From the NCBI GenBank assembly GCA_016928415.1, contig JAFGKU010000097.1, positions 3,229-67,228 on the forward strand: a stretch of 64,000 nt of DNA. The letters are read 5' to 3'. The translations under genes and the position numbers were made by a program. The notes under the pieces were generated by a model. It was not told where the DNA came from, searched no databases, and was given only the letters and a program-made list of their open reading frames with translations. This document shows, one piece after another, positions 8,956-18,369 of the stretch; the stretch's first letter is position 1, and each line of letters opens with the position of its first letter. This DNA is from Spirochaetales bacterium. Lineage in GTDB: Bacteria; Spirochaetota; Spirochaetia; SZUA-6; JAFGRV01.

Positions 8956-10125
8956 ATGTATTCACGAAGCTTTAAAGTATTTATTTTCCTTTTACTATTT
9001 TCGCTGATTGTCTGCCAGGTATTTCCCCAGGCCAATGAGGATCCGTTTTCTCTCATGAATGCCAGGATCTCCGCTCTGGGCGGGTACCATGCCGCTTATT
9101 CGGAAGATTATACGGCCATATTCACCAATCCCGCCGGCATAAAGTACGTTCCATTTGAATGGCTTGTAGCGGAAATGGCTATTGGCCTGAAAGGGCCGGT
9201 TTTTGATATTGCCACTGCCATCATCAATGTTGCCAATACCGGTGCCGATCCCTTAACCGATCCCGGCTTGAATGCCATGCTCCATAATCTCAATACGGGG
9301 ATCACCATCGTGGGCCCGATTTCCTTTGCCATGCTGATTGACGGTTTTTCCGTCGGCATTTTCAGTTGGACCGAAATTGAATTCAAAACGATCGTCATGG
9401 ACATAGGCCGTTTTTACAGGCAGAACCTGGTAGTGACGGGAGGGTATACCTTCCGTATCCCCCTGCCCCCGGAAGCGGGAACACTGGACATCGGTGCCCA
9501 GCTCAAGGTATTGGGCCGGGGAACGGTTGAAGGTATTTCCACGCGCCTGGCGTTTTTATCATCACTCTATTTTGATCCTTCCGCATTCATCATGGCCGAC
9601 CCCCTTACGATGAGTCTGGGCGGCGGACTGGATGCCGGCATCATGTATAATATAGCTGATATTTTGACAGTCGGTATTGTAGGCCGGGATGTCTTTTCCG
9701 CCACTTACCAGATGATTTTTCCTTCAATGATGGACATGCTAAGCAATTTCACCTTTACAAACCAAATGGGATATGTCCCGGCGGATCTTTCCGCAGGCAT
9801 CAAGGTGACTCCGCCCCTGGGAATAATAGGCCGTGTCATCAGTAAGTTGGATATCTACATCGATTACCAGGACATCCTCGGGTTTGCCACCCATCCTGCC
9901 ACTGATAAACACTGGTTCCTCCACTTGAGTGCCGGTATGGAGGTTTCCCTCCTGGAAATACTCCACCTGAGGGCTGGTTTTGCAGAAGGCCTGTTTGCCG
10001 GCGGTTTCGGGCTTGACCTCACAATCCTGAAAATGAACGTGTCCATGTTCGGTACGGAGGAATCCCTGTGTCCCAGCTTGAATCCCCAGTACAATGTGAT
10101 GATCGATTTCGCGTTCGATTACTGA
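8956..10125 (+). CDS. Outer-membrane beta-barrel protein, paralogue of 6849..8030
   Basis: Signal peptide, ARISALGGYHAAYSEDYTAIFTNPAG, GFDAG/GLDAG shared with the paralogue, and C-terminal Tyr. Confidence 0.7.
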   Translation: MYSRSFKVFIFLLLFSLIVCQVFPQANEDPFSLMNARISALGGYHAAYSEDYTAIFTNPAGIKYVPFEWLVAEMAIGLKGPVFDIATAIINVANTGADPLTDPGLNAMLHNLNTGITIVGPISFAMLIDGFSVGIFSWTEIEFKTIVMDIGRFYRQNLVVTGGYTFRIPLPPEAGTLDIGAQLKVLGRGTVEGISTRLAFLSSLYFDPSAFIMADPLTMSLGGGLDAGIMYNIADILTVGIVGRDVFSATYQMIFPSMMDMLSNFTFTNQMGYVPADLSAGIKVTPPLGIIGRVISKLDIYIDYQDILGFATHPATDKHWFLHLSAGMEVSLLEILHLRAGFAEGLFAGGFGLDLTILKMNVSMFGTEESLCPSLNPQYNVMIDFAFDY

Positions 10126-10221
10126 TACTGGAAATTTACCGAAAAGATGGTTCGAATTCTCATAGTACAGGCGATTTATCTTGAAGTTGGACAAATAAAT
10201 GCAGATTTTTAGCCAGTACGG

Positions 10222-10250
10222 TTGACAGAGTGTTTTCTAATTGTTATAGT
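10222..10250 (+). promoter_or_regulatory. Sigma70-like promoter for tRNA-Lys
   Basis: TTGACA-N17-TATAGT with extended -10 TG. Confidence 0.65.
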
Positions 10251-10342
10251 GCCTTCCGACTTCAAAAAAAAGTAATTTATCGGACTATTGGTGTTTACAT
10301 TAATACGTAGAATTCGATGATTACTTTCCATCATTAATGTAT

Positions 10343-10415
10343 GGGCCGCTAGCTCAGTCGGCAGAGCAACGCCCTTTTAAGGCGTGGGTCGAAGGTTCGA
10401 ATCCTTCGCGGCTCA
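10343..10415 (+). tRNA. tRNA-Lys(UUU), 3' CCA not encoded
   Basis: Acceptor stem GGGCCGC/GCGGCTC, D-arm AGCTCAGTCGGCAGAGC, anticodon stem ACGCC/GGCGT with loop CTTTTAA, T-loop GGTTCGAATCC. Confidence 0.97.
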
Positions 10416-10420
10416 TTTTT

Positions 10421-11368
10421 TTATTCCACAAACCGTTTTCGAATAAAATCCACAATTAATTCCACAACCTGGTCAGTGGTCTGCGGGGAATGGATGTCTC
10501 CTGCCAATACGTGTTCGGCTGCCCCGGTTACCGCTTTGATTTCCTTGTCGGTACTTCCTGTTCTATTAAACGCTTCTTTTATCTGAGGCAGGGAAACGGT
10601 TGCATCGGTATCGGCATATAAAAAGAGGACGGGAATGGTGATGTTTTCTAATGCCGTTTTTCTGCCCAGTTCGACGCTGGCCATCATGGTCAGCAAAGCT
10701 TCCGAGCGGAACCGGTATGTCGCGTATTTTGCATCGCGTTCATTAATTGGTTCGTAATGATAATAATCGCCAACAACTATCTTTGTAATTATATTGCCCC
10801 AGGGAAGAAGCATGAGTTCCGCCGAACCGTCTGCCGGTCCGTAATTGGCGGAAATCAGGATTAATGCCGAAATGGCGGTCATCTGTAAAGACACGTACGC
10901 GGCAAGAGGAGCCCCCGTTGAGAGCGCGACAACAATGACCTTTTCACCGATTTTCTCACCGACAGCCACCGCCTCCACCGTGTCATTCACCCAGTCCTGA
11001 AGGTCCGGTTCGGCCATTGCCTCCGGGCCGCGGCCGTGGCCGGCGTAACGCGTATAGAAAAGATTCGCTTTCAGCCGGGTTGAAACTCTTTCCATTACCG
11101 GAACCATTTCCTGCCTGCTTCCCGAAAATCCGTGAAAAAACACGAGGGAAACAGGCGTTTTCGCCCCGTTATTTGCCCAGACTACCTTTTTCTCCGTTCC
11201 CAGGGTGATGTCCGGATATTTCATTTCGGAGTTACGTAAATATTGCTCCACATCCCCGGTAATTGTCATGTTTTCGAATTTAACATCGGTATTGACCCGC
11301 GGTCCGAGAAAAAAGGCCGCTGCAATGGCTGCCGGAATTAGAAGCCAGAGAAAATTTCGCACCTTCAT
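10421..11368 (-). CDS. Alpha/beta hydrolase (esterase/lysophospholipase-like) with N-terminal anchor
   Basis: FHGFSG oxyanion motif, ALSTGA nucleophile elbow, DATV Asp and EHVL His. Confidence 0.8.
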   Translation of the reverse strand: MKVRNFLWLLIPAAIAAAFFLGPRVNTDVKFENMTITGDVEQYLRNSEMKYPDITLGTEKKVVWANNGAKTPVSLVFFHGFSGSRQEMVPVMERVSTRLKANLFYTRYAGHGRGPEAMAEPDLQDWVNDTVEAVAVGEKIGEKVIVVALSTGAPLAAYVSLQMTAISALILISANYGPADGSAELMLLPWGNIITKIVVGDYYHYEPINERDAKYATYRFRSEALLTMMASVELGRKTALENITIPVLFLYADTDATVSLPQIKEAFNRTGSTDKEIKAVTGAAEHVLAGDIHSPQTTDQVVELIVDFIRKRFVE

Positions 11369-11495
11369 CAGGAATATCCTCCCGTTTGATTATTGCTGAT
11401 GAATAATACAGAAAACCATGCTCTGCTACAAGTATCCTTTTTATAATTATATATACCCTTGATTAATAGGGTTTTTTAATCAATCATGTTGAATT

Positions 11496-12086
11496 ATGGA
11501 TGATATGAACATAAAGGTTAAACTGAATAAAGTAACAGAGAACACGGCGGCCGTTGCTGATTACCGGTTCATCAACAATGCGGGTGCCTTTATTATGGAC
11601 AGTTACATTGTGGCCGCTGATGCCACCATGATACCGCAGGTAGCCGCTGCTTTCCGCAGGGAACTGGAATAACAATACAATCTCCCGGTAAAATATACCC
11701 TTATAAGTCATTCCCGTGATGACCACATGTTCGGGTTGGGTCCGTTCGAGAATACCCTTGCGGGGGACGAAACGTGCCATCCCGAGAAATGGATGAAGGT
11801 TTTGGAAGACTGGCTGGATTGGGACATCGTAAAATGCATCCCTGGGCACGGACCGATAACGGATAAAAAAGCGATCAAGGAACAGCTGGAATTTTTTAAA
11901 CGGCTTAAGAAAAATGTACTTAACGCCTTACAGTCCGGAAAAACGGCGGATGAAATTACCTTTCTCGATTACTACCCCCTCCCGCCCGGTTTTATGAATT
12001 TTATAAAAACGAGTTGCAAGTACAATCAGCATCAAACGATTTATTTACCGGCGGTGGTCTTGACTAAAATGTTCAAATCACTATAA
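11496..12086 (+). pseudogene. Metallo-beta-lactamase-fold (cyclase-like) pseudogene
   Basis: One frame from ATG 11496 reads NNAGAF..VAAD..FRRELE*QYNLPVKYTLISHSRDDHMFG..IPGHGP. There is an in-frame TAA at 11670-11672, the HxHxDH motif is degenerate, and the central part is much shorter than a normal MBL fold. Confidence 0.75.
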
Positions 12087-12126
12087 TGTTCACTATATTA
12101 TGAACATTTGATAAAAGTGAACATTA
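12060..12126 (+). promoter_or_regulatory. Promoter with four-box operator of the AbiE-like TA operon
   Basis: TTGACT-N16-TATAAT overlapped by AATGTTCA (12068, 12085) and the inverse TGAACATT (12101, 12118). Confidence 0.75.
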
Positions 12127-12806
12127 TGCGGTCCCAAAAACGTAAACATAACATTTTTGCCAGTAAATCCTCCTATATCCTGAGGCAGATGCTTCATAAA
12201 CCGGATCGTTCATGGGTTTTAAGGGATTTTACTGTACCAGGAGGGGTTAGTCTCGGATTGGCACAGGCAGTCATTTCAGAGATGGAAAAACAAGGATACG
12301 TGACATGGGTTAAACGAGGTGTCGGCAGCTCCCTTAAAATGTCAGCTAAGGACAATATTTTGTCTGCTTGGGTCCGCGCTTATGATTTTTATCAGAATTT
12401 CATATATACGTATTACAATCCTGACAAGAAGTTTCTTCAAAAATTGAAGTCCGTGCTTAAGCCGGAACAATATGCCTTAACAGTACACTCAGGAGCGAAT
12501 TTATTGACGTCGTATGTAAGATCAGATGATATTCATCTCTACTTAAATGAGAACTTATGGGATAAGGAACTCCTAAAGCTACGGCAAAAACTAGAACTTA
12601 AAGAATTGGCAAACGGAGGGAATGTCCATATTATTAGATCCTATTACAAGTCCAATGTCTTTCTTCATAAACAGATGATTCGTGGGTTCCCGGTTGTCGC
12701 CAATCTTCAACTCTATCTGGATCTCTATAATTTCCAGCCAAGAGGCAGAGAACATGCCGATTTCTTGAAGGAAACCCTTAATGAACGAGGTGATGGCGTT
12801 GGATGA
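12126..12806 (+). CDS. Type IV TA antitoxin, AbiEi-like transcriptional regulator
   Basis: N-terminal wHTH-like region (VSLGLAQAVISEMEKQGYV) and C-terminal QLYLDLY..RGREHAD motif. Likely ATG at 12126. Confidence 0.75.
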   Translation: MRSQKRKHNIFASKSSYILRQMLHKPDRSWVLRDFTVPGGVSLGLAQAVISEMEKQGYVTWVKRGVGSSLKMSAKDNILSAWVRAYDFYQNFIYTYYNPDKKFLQKLKSVLKPEQYALTVHSGANLLTSYVRSDDIHLYLNENLWDKELLKLRQKLELKELANGGNVHIIRSYYKSNVFLHKQMIRGFPVVANLQLYLDLYNFQPRGREHADFLKETLNERGDGVG

Positions 12807-13590
12807 GCAATATGAGATCGAGTTACAGTTTTATAACATACTGACTGATGTTGAAAAACATCTTGATAATTTAATGCTTGTCGGAGGCTGGCTGCCTTTT
12901 GTTTATATGCGTTTTTTATGGAATGATATGCAGGTTCTGCCGGTCACAACCACCGATGTTGATTTCGGTATTTTAAATACCCCAATACAATCAATTCCAG
13001 ACACTATTTATAAAGTATTATCCAACAGAAATTATAAGGAACGTCATATTGAATTTGGTAAAGAAGTCCCCGTTGTTTTATATAAAAATGGCGTAATTCG
13101 TTTGGATTTCATAGCAGAACCGGATTTGGATGTCAAGGTAAGTAATGAGTTGCTTGGTAGGGAAATTTATTTGCACCGTCTGAAGAAATTCGATTTTCTT
13201 CTTTCACATGGTATTAAAATCGAGGTTATAAACAAACAGGATATAAAGAGATACAAATTGAATTGTCCAGTACCATCTGCCTTTCTTTATCATAAGGGAG
13301 CGACAAGTAGAGACAGGGATGAAGAACATAAAAAGGCAAAGGACTTATATTATATGTATTTCATACTAAGATACGCTCCCGAGCCGGATAAAATATTTGA
13401 AGAAATCAGTGAATATTCAAAAGATAGTAGATACACTGAAGATGTTATGCGTCTAAAGGATTTATTTCATGAAAAAAATAGTCCTGGATGTGTCATGGTA
13501 GAGAAGGAAAATGGACCCGATCCATACATTTATGAATTACGAGAAGATATATACACACGTTTTAATGAGTTCTTTAAAATAATTTCTTAA
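12781..13590 (+). CDS. Nucleotidyltransferase toxin (AbiEii/GSU2403-like)
   Basis: LMLVGGW...TTTDVDF Pol-beta-type motif, HKG and KAKDLYY. Overlaps the antitoxin stop; the true start may be 12793 or 12799. Confidence 0.75.
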   Translation: MNEVMALDEQYEIELQFYNILTDVEKHLDNLMLVGGWLPFVYMRFLWNDMQVLPVTTTDVDFGILNTPIQSIPDTIYKVLSNRNYKERHIEFGKEVPVVLYKNGVIRLDFIAEPDLDVKVSNELLGREIYLHRLKKFDFLLSHGIKIEVINKQDIKRYKLNCPVPSAFLYHKGATSRDRDEEHKKAKDLYYMYFILRYAPEPDKIFEEISEYSKDSRYTEDVMRLKDLFHEKNSPGCVMVEKENGPDPYIYELREDIYTRFNEFFKIIS

Positions 13591-13599
13591 ATGTCATTT

Positions 13600-14274
13600 T
13601 TAAGCAGTTTTTAATACCAATTCCAAAAATGCATAACCATCTTTCATTTTAACTTCTTTCGGGGTGAATTTAATCCTGTTGTTAAATAACGGCCCGTCAT
13701 AAACAAACGTGTGATACTCACCGTTTTCACCGGCGGCGTCTACTCCTGTCGAAACGAGTTCGTTGGTGAGCGCCGTCGAGATTTCCCGTCCCAGGTATTT
13801 TTCGCCCATTTTCCCGGTGTTGCAGGAAACGATGATAGCCTTGAATCCTGTGTCAATGAATTCCGCGACCGCCTTTGCCCTGTCGCATTGCCATAACGGT
13901 TCGAAATACTGCAAACCGACCGTCCTGCAGGTATTCGCCACCCAATCCAGGTGTGCCTGGACATCCATGTCGCCGAATATACCGCATTCGATTCCTTTGT
14001 TCTTGAATTCGGCAAGCGCTGAAAGGAAAGTTTTTTCATAATCCGCCCAGGTAGCGGATTTCCTCACCATCGGGATACCAAGAGCTTCCGATTGTGCGTC
14101 CAGAAGCCGGCCGCTGATCCCGTGAGACCGGGAGCGGTCCCCTGTCTCTATCATCATGCAGAGCAGGCACACCGCTTCATACCCCTGTTTCATCGCCTTG
14201 TACAGGGCCAGGCACGAATCCTTCCCCCCGCTCCAGGAGCAAAATGACTTTACCGGCATATTTTTTTCGTCCAT
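13600..14274 (-). CDS. Diphthine--ammonia ligase-like PP-loop ATPase (DUF71 family)
   Basis: SWSGGKDS PP-loop, SRSHG, IFGD and GENGEYHTFVYDGPLF. Confidence 0.88.
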   Translation of the reverse strand: MDEKNMPVKSFCSWSGGKDSCLALYKAMKQGYEAVCLLCMMIETGDRSRSHGISGRLLDAQSEALGIPMVRKSATWADYEKTFLSALAEFKNKGIECGIFGDMDVQAHLDWVANTCRTVGLQYFEPLWQCDRAKAVAEFIDTGFKAIIVSCNTGKMGEKYLGREISTALTNELVSTGVDAAGENGEYHTFVYDGPLFNNRIKFTPKEVKMKDGYAFLELVLKTA

Positions 14275-14295
14275 TCTTCACTGTCTGGATTATTG

Positions 14296-14865
14296 CTATA
14301 TTTCAATTTGGAGATTCTGCCTTGCATTTTCCTTCCTGGTTTTTTCATTAATCAAAACTACGATGTAAATGAAAAATAGATTACTGATAAAAAGAAGTAT
14401 CCTGCCGGTAAGGGTAATAAATTCTGATAATTCAGAATATTTCCAATTATTCATCGTATAAATTAAAAGGGAAGGGAGGAAAAGTATCCACCAGTATTTT
14501 ATAAAAGAACCTTCCTGATGGCCTTTTGTTGTTTCGCATTTTCTATATATTTCCTGTATGAGTTTCGGTATAAAATAGATGTTAATCATGGGTACGATTA
14601 TTCTTATGAAAGCCTGGTATGCAGTATAATCGGAATATTTTATTCTTTTATAGGCCATGGGAAACCATATGAAAAATAGAACGAATGGTAAAAACGAGAT
14701 CAAAACGATTATAGAATGCTGGATTATCAGGTAAGGTCCCATCATTTCGTATGTGATGATATATTTTATTAAATAATAGAGAGGATCGAATTTTATTATA
14801 AGTGAAAAGAGATACATGTTGAAAATGCCAACCGTTAAAAGCATGACTTTGTCAATTAATTTCAT
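14296..14865 (-). CDS. Membrane protein (DUF4328-like)
   Basis: Several hydrophobic helices, IIVPMINIY..P..LIQEIY and WWILF. AT-rich. Confidence 0.6.
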   Translation of the reverse strand: MKLIDKVMLLTVGIFNMYLFSLIIKFDPLYYLIKYIITYEMMGPYLIIQHSIIVLISFLPFVLFFIWFPMAYKRIKYSDYTAYQAFIRIIVPMINIYFIPKLIQEIYRKCETTKGHQEGSFIKYWWILFLPSLLIYTMNNWKYSELSEFITLTGRILLFISNLFFIYIVVLINEKTRKENARQNLQIEI

Positions 14866-15103
14866 AAAAAATCATTCCTTTCTAATCGTATCGATAGTTT
14901 CTATATTCAGGTTCCATTACAATTTAAATTGATTAAGCACATTATCGTACCTTATTTTATTTGTCAACATCAAAATACTCCTCTAATACCCAGGGGCTTC
15001 CCAGCAAAGCCTTCAACCATCCTTCTGTTTCCTGCAGCGGCGTACCCATCTCCTCCGTGCTCTCTATTGCCGTAAACCGAAAAAACCTTTACCTTTTATC
15101 CCG

Positions 15104-16945
15104 ATGAGTAAGTTTTTACCGATCACGAAAGAAGAATTGCAGTCACGCGGCATAGACGAACCTGATTTTATTCTCGTCACGGGAGACGCATACGTGGACC
15201 ATCCGTCGTTCGGGATTGCCGTCATCGGCAGGCTGCTTGAGTCGCGGGGGTATACCGTGGCGGTATTAAGCCGGCCCAATGCGGCAAGCGCGAAGTCATT
15301 CAGGGTGTTCGGCAGGCCAAGACTCGGGTTTCTCGTCACGTCGGGCAATATCGATTCCATGGTGAGCAATTACACCGCGGCAAAGAAAAACCGGTCGGAC
15401 GATCTCTATGCGCCGGGCGGCAGGGGGGGAGGGCGGCCGGACAGGGCCTGCATCACGTATTCCATCCGCATACGGGAAGCGTTCGGCGATGTACCGGTAA
15501 TTCTCGGCGGACTGGAGGCGTCTTTGCGCAGGCTGGCCCATTACGATTACTGGACGGACAAGGTTCGGCGGTCCATTCTTCTCGATTCAAAGGCGGACCT
15601 CGTTGTGTACGGCATGGGGGAGAGGGCGATTCTGGAAATTGCCGCCGCCCTGAAGGAGGGCACCCCTGCCGGGAAACTGACCGGTGTGCGGGGTACGGTA
15701 TGCCGGTGCAATCCGGCCGATGCAGAAGAAACCGTTATCCTTCCTTCCTTTGAGGAAATCACCAAAGATAAACGTAAATACGCGGAAAGCTTCCGGCTGC
15801 AGTATGCCAACAACGACGGCATTTCCGGCAGGGTGCTTGTCGAGCCGTACGCGGATGGGTGTATCAGGCAGAATCCGCCGTCTGAACCGTTAACCACGGA
15901 AGAGCTGGATGAAATCCACGGTCTTCCCTTTCAACGCACGTACCATCCCGCCTATGAGTCCGAAGGCGGGGTGCCGGCAATAAAGGAAGTGCAGTTCAGC
16001 ATCATCAGTACGCGCGGGTGCTACGGAGACTGCGGCTTCTGCTCCCTTACCTTCCACCAGGGAAGGATGGTCCGGTCACGGGGCGATCAATCCATTTTGC
16101 AGGAAGCGGAAATCATCACGAAGATGCCCGGTTTCAAGGGATACATCCATGACGTGGGCGGGCCGACGGCCAATTTCCGTTCCCGTCCCTGCGCTAAGAG
16201 TGAGAAGCGTGGCATCTGTGCGGACAGGGAATGCATCGGGCAGTCTCTCTGTAAAAACCTCGAGGTGGAGCATAAGAAATACCTTGCCCTGCTAAGGAAA
16301 ATAAGGGCCCTCCCGGGTATAAAGAAGGTGTTCATTCGTTCCGGTGTCAGGTTTGATTATCTCATTGCCGATCCGGATACCGCTTTTTTCAACGAGTTAT
16401 GTGAGCATCATGTCAGCGGCCAATTAAAGGTAGCACCCGAGCATATCAGCGATACCGTACTCAAGCTGATGAACAAGCCGTCCCATTCGGTTTACATTGA
16501 ATTCAAGAAACGGTACGACCGCATCAATAAGAAACTCGGTAAGAAGCAGTTCCTTGTTCCCTACTACATTTCGGGTCATCCCGGAAGTGGATTAAAAGAA
16601 GCGATAGAGCTGGCTGAATACTTCAGGGACAACAGATTGTACCCGGAGCAGGTCCAGGATTTTTACCCGACGCCCGGCACGTTGTCCACCTGCATGTATC
16701 ACACCGGCTTGAATCCATTGACAATGGAACCTGTGTATGTGGCCAGGGACATGTCTGAAAAGGCGATGCAACGTGCCCTGCTTCAGTATAAAAATCCCGG
16801 GAACTACGAACTGGTCCGGAAGGCACTGCTGAAGGCCGGCAGGAAAGACCTTATAGGGTATGATAAACGGTGTCTTCTCAGGCCTGTGAGCGGAAGGCAT
16901 CAGAAACTTAGGGGAAAACCACGCCGGAAAGGCGCCTCAGACTAG
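15104..16945 (+). CDS. ygiQ: YgiQ-family (UPF0313) radical SAM protein
   Basis: GDAYVDHPSFG, RGCYGDCGFC, DVGGPTAN, KVAPEH and QVQDFYPTPGT. Confidence 0.92.
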   Translation: MSKFLPITKEELQSRGIDEPDFILVTGDAYVDHPSFGIAVIGRLLESRGYTVAVLSRPNAASAKSFRVFGRPRLGFLVTSGNIDSMVSNYTAAKKNRSDDLYAPGGRGGGRPDRACITYSIRIREAFGDVPVILGGLEASLRRLAHYDYWTDKVRRSILLDSKADLVVYGMGERAILEIAAALKEGTPAGKLTGVRGTVCRCNPADAEETVILPSFEEITKDKRKYAESFRLQYANNDGISGRVLVEPYADGCIRQNPPSEPLTTEELDEIHGLPFQRTYHPAYESEGGVPAIKEVQFSIISTRGCYGDCGFCSLTFHQGRMVRSRGDQSILQEAEIITKMPGFKGYIHDVGGPTANFRSRPCAKSEKRGICADRECIGQSLCKNLEVEHKKYLALLRKIRALPGIKKVFIRSGVRFDYLIADPDTAFFNELCEHHVSGQLKVAPEHISDTVLKLMNKPSHSVYIEFKKRYDRINKKLGKKQFLVPYYISGHPGSGLKEAIELAEYFRDNRLYPEQVQDFYPTPGTLSTCMYHTGLNPLTMEPVYVARDMSEKAMQRALLQYKNPGNYELVRKALLKAGRKDLIGYDKRCLLRPVSGRHQKLRGKPRRKGASD

Positions 16946-18369
16946 TCAGCCAGATGCCTTGCCAGAATATCGGCAAGCTCGCTGCGCTTTATGCAGTTGT
17001 TCAGGTTGAAGGCGGACAGCATCGCGTCGATTTTCTTTTCCGTCAGGTCCTTGAACAGGGTTGCAAAACCGGGCTGCATGAGATTGCTTACATAGCCGGA
17101 TAACGCCTCCTGGGCAAAGAAAGACTGGGACGCCGTTTTGTTGATGGCAGGATCGTCGATGGTTTCAACCATCCTGTTATGGAGATTATCCAGCTGGTTC
17201 CGGATGTTCCCCTTGGGCAGCCACCACATCCAGAAATCAGTCGAGAGATCGATTTTCGTTTTTAGCTGCTGGGCTATCAGCTTCATAAATCCGGAATCGG
17301 GGTCCGTGTAAACCACGCCCATTACCCCTACATCCTTGTATGTCCAGCTCGTCCAGTGCGCCGCGTTTTCGTTGAACACGGCTATCTGGTCGTCCAGCGC
17401 TTTCAGCCTGAACGGGATTTCCTCCTTCAGCCCATTATATACCGAACCGAATTCGCCTATCCACAGGGGAACGGAGTGTTTCTGCGTGAATTTCGTTCCA
17501 TCATGTTTGTTGAAAACTTCGGCCTGTTTCTCCTTGTCCCACTCCTCGTCCCGGATAATCCCGGGATACGGGCCCGGCCCGAACCCGCCCTTATTGTAAT
17601 TATGGCTCGAATAGACCAGGTTGGGTGCGAACGGCGCCTTTAGGCCGCTGAAGTGCTGTGAAAAATGATCGCCTTCAAGGAAGATGATGTGTTCGGGATC
17701 GACGGCGCGGATGGCCTCGACCGTTCGTTGATACACGGCGTTAAGGCTTTTCCAGTTGGTGGCGTACGCGTTCCCGTACTTGCCGAACGGCGCATTGTTA
17801 ACCGGTTCATTCATGATGTTGTACCCGGCCACACCGGCCTTTCCCTTGAACCGCCTGGCTATCTCTTCCCAGAGCGCCACGAACCTGTCCTGGAAATTTT
17901 TTTGTTCCCAGAAAAACGTGTGCCGTGTTGAATTGTCGCAATGCCAGTCCGGGTTCTGGAAACCCTGAACGGAGTGCAGGTCTATGATTGTGTATATGCC
18001 GTGTTTGTTGCCCCATTCAACGGCCTTTGAAAGGCGTGTAAAGCCCTTGCTCAGGTATTGAAAGGGATGGGTATCATCCTCCAGGTGCCTGTAATTTACG
18101 GGAATCCTGATGCAGGTAACCCCGATCGATTTCAGAAACTTGACATCCTCTTCATTGAAAAAATGATCGAGCCATGTATCAAAAAAGAATTCCGCCTTTT
18201 TCTTTCCCATTACCTGTTTAAAGGCGTACCTGAGACCGCGTTCAGCGCCGGGATAGCCATTGATGAAATTTTCCATGTTCATCCAGCCTCCCACGCAGAC
18301 GCCCCTTAAAAAAACGGGATTCCCCTTTTTATCAATTATGTTTTTCCCTTTTACCTGTAAAAGATCCAT
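16942..18369 (-). CDS. Glycoside hydrolase family 5, no signal peptide
   Basis: IRIPVNY, DLHSVQGFQN, YNIMNEP acid/base and LWIGEFG nucleophile. The start at 18369 has an SD (GGGGG). Confidence 0.88.
   Translation of the reverse strand: MDLLQVKGKNIIDKKGNPVFLRGVCVGGWMNMENFINGYPGAERGLRYAFKQVMGKKKAEFFFDTWLDHFFNEEDVKFLKSIGVTCIRIPVNYRHLEDDTHPFQYLSKGFTRLSKAVEWGNKHGIYTIIDLHSVQGFQNPDWHCDNSTRHTFFWEQKNFQDRFVALWEEIARRFKGKAGVAGYNIMNEPVNNAPFGKYGNAYATNWKSLNAVYQRTVEAIRAVDPEHIIFLEGDHFSQHFSGLKAPFAPNLVYSSHNYNKGGFGPGPYPGIIRDEEWDKEKQAEVFNKHDGTKFTQKHSVPLWIGEFGSVYNGLKEEIPFRLKALDDQIAVFNENAAHWTSWTYKDVGVMGVVYTDPDSGFMKLIAQQLKTKIDLSTDFWMWWLPKGNIRNQLDNLHNRMVETIDDPAINKTASQSFFAQEALSGYVSNLMQPGFATLFKDLTEKKIDAMLSAFNLNNCIKRSELADILARHLAD

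Noticed and set aside
11670-11672. Stop-codon readthrough or recoding in the MBL gene
   Set aside because: The codon is TAA (not TGA or TAG), and the metal motif and central region are also damaged, so simple decay is more likely.
14957-15049. 30-aa minus-strand ORF MGTPLQETEGWLKALLGSPWVLEEYFDVDK after GGAGGAG
   Set aside because: The SD abuts the ATG with too short a spacing, and there is no recognisable similarity.
10390-15100. attL/attR duplication of the tRNA-Lys 3' end
   Set aside because: No second copy of TTCGAATCCTTCGCGGCTCA was seen and there is no integrase, so an intact integrative element cannot be called.
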